From the NCBI GenBank assembly GCA_035350895.1, contig DAOPVC010000002.1, positions 10,639 to 74,638 of the forward strand: a stretch of 64,000 nt of DNA, in the 5' to 3' direction. This DNA is from Smithella sp. GTDB lineage: Bacteria; Desulfobacterota; Syntrophia; Syntrophales; Smithellaceae. Every line of letters begins with the position of its first letter. Position 1 is the first letter of the stretch. A program made the translations under genes and the position numbers. Under the pieces are notes generated by a model that was not told the DNA's origin, ran no database searches, and was given only the letters and a program-made list of their open reading frames with translations. Shown here in pieces: positions 50,870 to 57,098 of the stretch.

Positions 50870-52216
50870 GTGTTGAATTTTACATTAACGCCGGAACAAC
50901 TTTCATTGCAGGAAAGAGCTCGCGAATTCGCCTTGAAAGAGATACTCCCGCTGGCATGGTTTTATGATGAAGCCAATGAAATCCCGATGCATATCATCAA
51001 TAAGGCTGCCGGGCTTGGATTTATGACTGGCGACATGCCGGAAAAGTACGGCGGCCTGGGTTATGGTTCTGTAGAAGGCGCTATCGTTACTGAAGAGATC
51101 GCTGCAGCGTGCTCCGGCCTGGCTACCTCTGTGTTTATCAATTCCCTTGGTTATGCGCCGCTTGTCCTTAGCGATAATGAGGCTCTCAAGCAAAAGTATT
51201 TACCAAAAGTTTCCAAAGAAAATAAACGCATATGCTTTGCCACGTCTGAACCCACTATGGGCTCTGATGTTGCCGGTATTATGTGCCATGCCAAAGAAGA
51301 CGGGGATTCATATATACTCAACGGCATCAAATACTGGATAACAAACGGCGGCATAGCTGATTACATGACGGTCTTTGCGACAGTCGATCAGAAACTGCAA
51401 CACCAGGGTATATGCGCGTTCCTCATTGAAAGAGACTGGAAAGGCGTTTCAACCGGTCGACATATTCCGAAAATGGGCCAGCGGGCATCCAATACGGCAG
51501 GGCTCCACTTTAAGGATGTGCGTGTGCCGAAGGAAAATGTAATCGCCAAACCGGGAGAAGGATTTGTGTTGGCCATGAAGGCTTTTGCCTGGTCAAGACC
51601 GATGATCGGCGCTTTTGCGGTTGGTGTTGCGCGATCGTCAATGGACTATGCCATACACTATGCGAAATCGCGGCGTGCCTTTGGCCACCATCTCCAGTTC
51701 TATGAAGCGATCCAGTTTAAAATTGCTGAGATGTATCAGAAAGTGGAAACATCACGCCTGCTGGTAATGAAAGCCGCGTGGGAAACTGATAATGGAATTG
51801 ACCCTACCTTGAACGCATCGATCAGCAAATTTTACTGCACCGAAGCGGCCAACGAAGTTGTCAGCTCCGCCCTGCAGATAGCCGGGGGATATGGTTACAC
51901 AACGATGTATCCTTTTGAAAAGCTTTTACGGGATGTCCGGCTTCTGATGATTTATGAAGGCACGAGCGAGATACAGCGTATGATTGTTTCCGGCTACGCT
52001 CTTGGCGCTTATCAACCCATTATGCCGCCCATTGAAGATCTTCCCATGCTTAAGAGCGAAACGGGCGGGAAGGATTTTGAAAAGGAGATGTCCGGCAAAA
52101 CGGCCTGGCGCTGCAAGATGTGCGGACATATTCATTATGGTAATGAGCCACCGGAAGAGTGCCCGTATTGCTTCTTCCCCGGCAACGCATTTAAAAAAGT
52201 CTGGCCGCGTGAATAA
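50870..52216 (+). CDS. acyl-CoA dehydrogenase fused to a C-terminal rubrerythrin-type rubredoxin module
   Basis: ACAD motifs (CFATSEPTMGSDVAG, YWITNGG, GGYGYT, IYEGTSEIQR), then AWRCKMCGHIHYGNEPPEECPYC. GTG at 50870 is 7 nt after the GAAGGAG RBS. Confidence 0.85.
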   Translation: MLNFTLTPEQLSLQERAREFALKEILPLAWFYDEANEIPMHIINKAAGLGFMTGDMPEKYGGLGYGSVEGAIVTEEIAAACSGLATSVFINSLGYAPLVLSDNEALKQKYLPKVSKENKRICFATSEPTMGSDVAGIMCHAKEDGDSYILNGIKYWITNGGIADYMTVFATVDQKLQHQGICAFLIERDWKGVSTGRHIPKMGQRASNTAGLHFKDVRVPKENVIAKPGEGFVLAMKAFAWSRPMIGAFAVGVARSSMDYAIHYAKSRRAFGHHLQFYEAIQFKIAEMYQKVETSRLLVMKAAWETDNGIDPTLNASISKFYCTEAANEVVSSALQIAGGYGYTTMYPFEKLLRDVRLLMIYEGTSEIQRMIVSGYALGAYQPIMPPIEDLPMLKSETGGKDFEKEMSGKTAWRCKMCGHIHYGNEPPEECPYCFFPGNAFKKVWPRE

Positions 52217-52239
52217 GACGTGCATAAAGTTTGGCAACA

Positions 52240-52370
52240 GTCCCCTTAGCTTCGAACTTTGTCCCGACTTGTCGGGACTCGTTCTACGCAAGGCATAGTT
52301 CGACTAACGTTTCGAACGGCACTTCGTGTGTGCTCTCAACGAGTTTCACTCTCAGCGAGTGTCATTAAAA
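52240..52370 (+). repeat. B-family modular repeat copy
   Basis: Hairpin GTCCCGACTTGTCGGGAC (52261-52278), unit CATAGTTCGACTAAC, tail GAGTTTCACTCTCAGCGAGTGTCATTAAAA. Confidence 0.65.
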
Positions 52371-52381
52371 GGAGATTTAAA

Positions 52382-52561
52382 ATGAAACAAAAAAATTCTT
52401 CAGTAGGTAAAGGCGGGAAAACTGATAAGGGGAAGTCCGGCAAAACGGCTTGGCGCTGTGATAAGTGCGGAGAGATTCATTATGCTGATGCACCGCCGGA
52501 CGAGTGCCCGTATTGTCTTTTTCCTAATCAGCCATTTAAGAAAGTCGAACCGGAAGAGTAA
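52382..52561 (+). CDS. stand-alone rubredoxin-like protein (59 aa), paralogue of the ACAD C-terminal module
   Basis: AAGGAG RBS at 52369-52374. AWRCDKCGEIHYADAPPDECPYC. 52436-52561 aligns without gaps to 52091-52216. Confidence 0.75.
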   Translation: MKQKNSSVGKGGKTDKGKSGKTAWRCDKCGEIHYADAPPDECPYCLFPNQPFKKVEPEE

Positions 52562-52584
52562 TAAATCAACATTGCTTTATACGT

Positions 52585-52730
52585 GAAAGCGGGCTGATGC
52601 ATTCGACAGCTAAAAAAATCACGGGTATGAACTCCAAAACATATTTGGGGTTATCATATAGTCCCGCGTGCAGGCTTCAGTGCACTCCCGCCGCTCTATA
52701 ATCCGGGTCTCTGATCCCACTCCGATTAGA
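52585..52730 (+). repeat. B-family modular repeat copy (contains head AATCACGGGTATGAAC at 52617-52632)
   Basis: GCGGGCTGATGCATTCGACAGC unit, head motif, hairpin CCAAAACATATTTGGGG, tail CGGGTCTCTGATCCCAC. Directly abuts cassette A4. Confidence 0.6.
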
Positions 52731-52810
52731 GCAATGGTAGGCTATACCTACCATTCCCCTTACTATTAATCAGTATTGTTTTACCTCATCTCTTCCATTA
52801 ATTTGCAGTT
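52731..52810 (+). promoter_or_regulatory. A-family cassette, strong copy A4
   Basis: GGTAGGCTATACCTACC (52736-52752), ATTAATCAGTATTGTTTTA, 17-nt spacer, TAATTT. Confidence 0.7.
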
Positions 52811-52855
52811 AAAGAAGTAAATTTATTAAAATAAAAGAAAGACAGGGAGGTACGT

Positions 52856-53287
52856 ATGAAAATCTATATTTGCCAGGTTTGCGGACATCTTGCATTCAAT
52901 AATCTGCCGGATACATGTCCGGTCTGCAGTGCGGGGAAAAATAAATTTTTACAAAATGACGCCATTTTTAAAGAATCCAGTCAAAAGAGCCCTGAGGCTG
53001 AGGTTAAACACGTTCCTGCGGTGACTGTTAACAAAAGTTCCAACCTTATCCCGGAATCCGGCTGTAGGGAAGTAATGGTAAGAATCGGCAAGGTCATGCA
53101 CCCGATGGAAGAGAAGCACTACATTCGTTTCATAGACGCTTATCAGAATGATAAATTTATTGCCCGAACGCAGCTTACACCATGGGGTGTATATCCGGCA
53201 GCATGTTTTTATTTGAAAGAAGCGGGAGGCAAAATTACGATAGTCGAGAATTGTAATATCCACGGCTATTGGATGTCGGAGCTATAG
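52856..53287 (+). CDS. superoxide reductase-like protein with an N-terminal rubredoxin-type (CxxC...CxxC) module
   Basis: N-terminus CQVCGH...CPVC. SOR centre II ligands all present (EVKHVP, HPMEEKHYIRFI, CNIHGYW). Confidence 0.8.
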   Translation: MKIYICQVCGHLAFNNLPDTCPVCSAGKNKFLQNDAIFKESSQKSPEAEVKHVPAVTVNKSSNLIPESGCREVMVRIGKVMHPMEEKHYIRFIDAYQNDKFIARTQLTPWGVYPAACFYLKEAGGKITIVENCNIHGYWMSEL

Positions 53288-53341
53288 AGGAGAATCGCGG
53301 ATAATTCAAATCTACGAATCAAAAATATACACAAGGAGGCA

Positions 53342-53818
53342 ATGATGGACAACAAGGAAATAGTGAAACAGATGGTTGATTTGCACAAGACATCTTTTGG
53401 GAACATCTTTTCAACAATGGTAACGCTTCAGGACCAGGCGGAAAAAATCATGAAGACTTTTGTCGACCATATTCCGGGAATAACCGATGAAGGCAAAAAG
53501 ATCATGGACGAGTTAAGCAGTGTGTACAAGAAAAACCGTGACGATTTCAAGAAAGCTGTCGACGAGGGATACGAAAAGGTTGAGGTATCCTTCGATGGCA
53601 ATACAATGGCCATGTTTCAAGACCAAGCCAAGCAGATGTTCGATCTCTTTTCATACAAGAAAAACTGGATGCCCTTTGATTTTATGAAACACATGGAAGA
53701 ATTGTCTGCAATGTATAAGAAGGGTTATGACGAATTCAATAAGCAAATAAACGAGAACATGCAACATATGGGGGAATTTTCGTCTGTTGCGAAAAAACCA
53801 CAGACAAAGGCCAAGTAG
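53342..53818 (+). CDS. hypothetical helical protein (phasin-like composition)
   Basis: AAGGAGG RBS. 158 aa, Lys/Glu/Asp/Met-rich helices with two similar halves. Product uncertain. Confidence 0.55.
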   Translation: MMDNKEIVKQMVDLHKTSFGNIFSTMVTLQDQAEKIMKTFVDHIPGITDEGKKIMDELSSVYKKNRDDFKKAVDEGYEKVEVSFDGNTMAMFQDQAKQMFDLFSYKKNWMPFDFMKHMEELSAMYKKGYDEFNKQINENMQHMGEFSSVAKKPQTKAK

Positions 53819-53949
53819 CAGAAATGAGTCTCTGCAACCTTATGATGCGGAGTAGTGTTGTACGAAAATTATTGTTGACTGACCGTTGAAGAAATTAACC
53901 CTTAATGTTACATTCCGTTTAAATTGAAAAAAGTAATGAAAGGAGACCG

Positions 53950-54342
53950 ATGATGAAGAGATTTGTTACGGCGATAATTATATTATTGCTTGCCGTGGGG
54001 CTGGTTTATGCAAAGGATTACACGGTTATGAAAAAAGCAGGCGGCTACTCAGTTGAGGTGAAACTGGACAAGAATCCGCCCATTACCGGTCCCAACAAAA
54101 TGGAAATAAACATCAAGGATGTCAAAGGGGCCAATGTAACCGACGCCACGGTTGTGGTAGAATATGGGATGCCCGCTATGCCGGGGATGCCGGCCATGAA
54201 TTACAAGGCAAAAGCCGAATTCAGCGGCAGCCGGTATCTGGCAATTGTCAATTTTTCCATGTCGGGAGCTTGGGGAGTTAATATCAAAATTACGCGAGCC
54301 GGAAAGACACAGTCGGTAAAACTAAATGTGGATGTCAGCTAG
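53950..54342 (+). CDS. FixH/YtkA-like periplasmic protein with a Met-rich motif
   Basis: Signal peptide, Ig-like length, GMPAMPGMPAM. Sits immediately upstream of cusCBA. Confidence 0.65.
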   Translation: MMKRFVTAIIILLLAVGLVYAKDYTVMKKAGGYSVEVKLDKNPPITGPNKMEINIKDVKGANVTDATVVVEYGMPAMPGMPAMNYKAKAEFSGSRYLAIVNFSMSGAWGVNIKITRAGKTQSVKLNVDVS

Positions 54343-55606
54343 GGCTATACACAAGCTTATCTTTGTCCTGGTGTTCTTTCTTCCGGGAACGTCTGCCTTC
54401 GCTCAGGCGTTGAATCTTTTCGACCTTACACAAGAGGCCTTGCACAACAGCCCTGAAATTCAGGCCTCGCTCTCGAAGATAGAGGCCGCCAGATATCGGG
54501 TTCCTCAGGCGAAAAGTCTTCCTGACCCTATGCTCATGTTCGGCTATCAGAATGAGGGATTCGACAGATACACCTACGGCGAAGAACAGGGTGCCCAGTG
54601 GATGTTTTCAGCATCGCAGCAGTTTCTTTTTCCCGGCAAGCGTGCGCTGAAAGGAGAAATGGTCCAGCGGGATGTTGACAGCATGGAAGCCATGCACGAG
54701 TTGCTGAAACTGAAAACCGTAGCACGAGTCAAGGAACTCTATTATGATCTTTTCCTGTCTTACAAGAATATTGATCTGCTCAATGATAAAAAAAATCTGT
54801 TCCTGAAAGTAGAAGATCTGACGCTGTCCCGCTACGCATCAGGTAAAGCCATACAGCAAGAGGTGCTCATGGCGCAGACGGAAAAATACATGCTTCTGGA
54901 AAAAGAAGAGATGTTCAGGCAGAAGATACAGTCTCTGGAAGCCATGTTGCGGGCTGCGATAGGAAGAGAAAATGGACCACCTCTGGGAAGACCGGATGAA
55001 CCGGTACCGCAACCCTTCTTTCTCGATGCGGATGAAGCTGTGAAAACAGCACTCAGCAATTCTCCTGAAATAAAAGCACGGAATAAAATCATAGAAGCAG
55101 CCGACGCTAAAATACGGATGGCGCAAAGGGAATATTATCCTGACTTCGGTATTAACGCCTCCTATTTTAACCGCTCCGGTGATTTTATGGATATGTGGAG
55201 CGCAACAGCGACGATAAACATCCCTCTGTTCTTCAAAACGAAGCAGGAACCGGCGGTCCGCGAGGCGAAGGCGTCTTCTTCGCAGGCGAAACAGGAGCGG
55301 GATGCCGTAAAACTGATGATTGCAGCGGCCATACAGGATAATTTTTCCATGCTCAAATCATCGGAGAAGCTTATGGATCTTTATACAAACGGTTTGATTC
55401 CCAAGAATACACGGGATGTAGATCTCGCTCTTACGGACTACACCAATGGAAGAACGGATTTAATTGTCGTGATTTCCCGTCTCAAGACTTTGTTGGATTA
55501 TCAAATCCTATACTGGACTCAATTTGTGGAAAGAGAAAAAGCCATTGCCAGACTTCAGGCGATTACGGAAGGCTTGGCTTCAGTGCAGGGAGAGGAAAAG
55601 AAATGA
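54326..55606 (+). CDS. cusC: TolC-family outer membrane efflux protein
   Basis: Signal peptide and two repeated alpha/beta halves typical of OMF proteins. Overlaps both neighbours. Confidence 0.8.
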   Translation: MWMSARAIHKLIFVLVFFLPGTSAFAQALNLFDLTQEALHNSPEIQASLSKIEAARYRVPQAKSLPDPMLMFGYQNEGFDRYTYGEEQGAQWMFSASQQFLFPGKRALKGEMVQRDVDSMEAMHELLKLKTVARVKELYYDLFLSYKNIDLLNDKKNLFLKVEDLTLSRYASGKAIQQEVLMAQTEKYMLLEKEEMFRQKIQSLEAMLRAAIGRENGPPLGRPDEPVPQPFFLDADEAVKTALSNSPEIKARNKIIEAADAKIRMAQREYYPDFGINASYFNRSGDFMDMWSATATINIPLFFKTKQEPAVREAKASSSQAKQERDAVKLMIAAAIQDNFSMLKSSEKLMDLYTNGLIPKNTRDVDLALTDYTNGRTDLIVVISRLKTLLDYQILYWTQFVEREKAIARLQAITEGLASVQGEEKK

Positions 55607-56973
55607 ATAATAAAAAAATGAGGCAATTGATAAACGCTCATTTGCTGTGTTGCACTGCAAACCGCACCGCTCAACGTATATCTTTATCCGCCTTGCCGTT
55701 CGGCTTTTTGCGCGCCTTGCATCTGAGCATTTCTGAACAGCCCCTAAATTTGGGGTCTTTGAAAAATCCCAAAATCTCCGCTGTGTCGGCTATTTGCTTG
55801 TTATTTTTATTGAGCTTCATGACAGCAAATGCTGTTTTCGCTCAGGGACACGCAGGACATACTGCGCAACCTGCGGCGGCGATGGAGAAGCCCAAGGCCG
55901 CAAAGCCTCAACCGCCGCAACCGGCTCCGCCAGAAAAGATGACAGAAGAAACTCCTCAGGTGGATATTTCTCCAGAACAACAGCAGCTCATCGGGGTAAA
56001 GACCGTCAAGGTTTCCCTGAAAACCATCCAGAAAGTCATTCGCACCGTGGGACGGATTGAGGCTGATGAGCGAAAGCAGGCAACGATCAATACGAAAATC
56101 GAGGGCTGGATTGAGAAGCTCCACGTAGACTATACAGGCCGTTATATTAAAAAAGGAGAACCGCTGGTGGAAATTTACAGCCCGGAGCTTCTGGCAACGC
56201 AACAGGAATTTCTGGCCCTCATAAAATGGGCAAAACAGCCGGGCGACAAGAAAAAAGATGATACGCTCAGCCTTATGCTTAGCAAGGATGCCGAAGTCTC
56301 GCTGGATGCGGCAAGGCAACGTCTGCGGCTCTGGGATATATCGGAAGACCAGATCAAACAAATCGAACAGACGGGAAAACCTTTTCGCACATTGACTTTA
56401 TACAGTCCCGTCAGCGGATTTGTAACGCAGAAGATGGCCGTTCAAGGCATGAAAGTCCTGCCGGGAGAGAAGCTTTTTGACATTGCCGATCTCTCTGTCA
56501 TCTGGATCATTGCCGATATTTACGAATACGAAATGCCTTTGGTGAAAGTCGGCCAACAGGCCAAGATTACCCTCAGTTATTTTCCGGGGAAAGAACTATC
56601 GTCGAAGATTGATTATATTTATCCCACAATGTCCGCGGATACCAGGACAGCGAAGATCCGCCTGACGCTTCCCAATCCGCAAGGCCTGTTGAAACCCCAG
56701 ATGTTTACGAACGTGGAAATCAGAATAAGCCTTGGTCAAAAGCTTGTCGTTCCGGAATCAGCGGTCATCGATACCGGCACGTCGCAGGTAGTCTATGTGG
56801 ATAAAGGAGAAGGCGCTTTTGAACCCCGCGAAGTAGAACTGGGCCTGAGGGCGGATGGCTCGGTGGAAGTGTTACGTGGAGTCAAGGCCGGTGAAAAGGT
56901 GGCCGCTTCGGCCAATTTCCTGATTGATTCCGAAGCTCAGCTGAAAGGAGTAAAGCCGCTGCCGCTGAAATAA
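55603..56973 (+). CDS. cusB: efflux RND periplasmic adaptor (HlyD/CusB-like)
   Basis: ATGA overlap with the OMF gene. His/Met/Pro-rich segment, then lipoyl/beta-barrel motifs (GWIEKLHVDYTGRYIKKGEPL, PVSGFV). The unusual ~70-aa N-terminal leader makes the start uncertain. Confidence 0.8.
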   Translation: MNNKKMRQLINAHLLCCTANRTAQRISLSALPFGFLRALHLSISEQPLNLGSLKNPKISAVSAICLLFLLSFMTANAVFAQGHAGHTAQPAAAMEKPKAAKPQPPQPAPPEKMTEETPQVDISPEQQQLIGVKTVKVSLKTIQKVIRTVGRIEADERKQATINTKIEGWIEKLHVDYTGRYIKKGEPLVEIYSPELLATQQEFLALIKWAKQPGDKKKDDTLSLMLSKDAEVSLDAARQRLRLWDISEDQIKQIEQTGKPFRTLTLYSPVSGFVTQKMAVQGMKVLPGEKLFDIADLSVIWIIADIYEYEMPLVKVGQQAKITLSYFPGKELSSKIDYIYPTMSADTRTAKIRLTLPNPQGLLKPQMFTNVEIRISLGQKLVVPESAVIDTGTSQVVYVDKGEGAFEPREVELGLRADGSVEVLRGVKAGEKVAASANFLIDSEAQLKGVKPLPLK

Positions 56974-56985
56974 TAAGAGAAAGCT

Positions 56986-57062
56986 GTCATTCCGAAGCGG
57001 AGCGAGGAATCTTTTATAATTCATCAAGATTTCTCTCCCGATAAATCGGGGTTCGAAGTGAC
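56986..57062 (+). repeat. intercistronic imperfect inverted repeat (GTCATTCCGAAGCGGAGCGAGGAATC ... GATTTCTCTCCCGATAAATCGGGGTTCGAAGTGAC)
   Basis: The two arms are partially complementary. Occupies most of the 125-nt cusB-cusA gap. Confidence 0.55.
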
Positions 57063-57098
57063 ATGAGTAGTGTCGCTATTCCGGAAAGAGATTGAATT

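Noticed and set aside
52294-52308. GTTCGAC in the B-family units as tRNA T-arm remnants
   Set aside because: No acceptor or anticodon stems can be drawn around any copy. The motif always follows a simple hairpin.
55807-56361. 184-aa ORF on the - strand
   Set aside because: It is antisense to the CusB-like adaptor and has no independent support.
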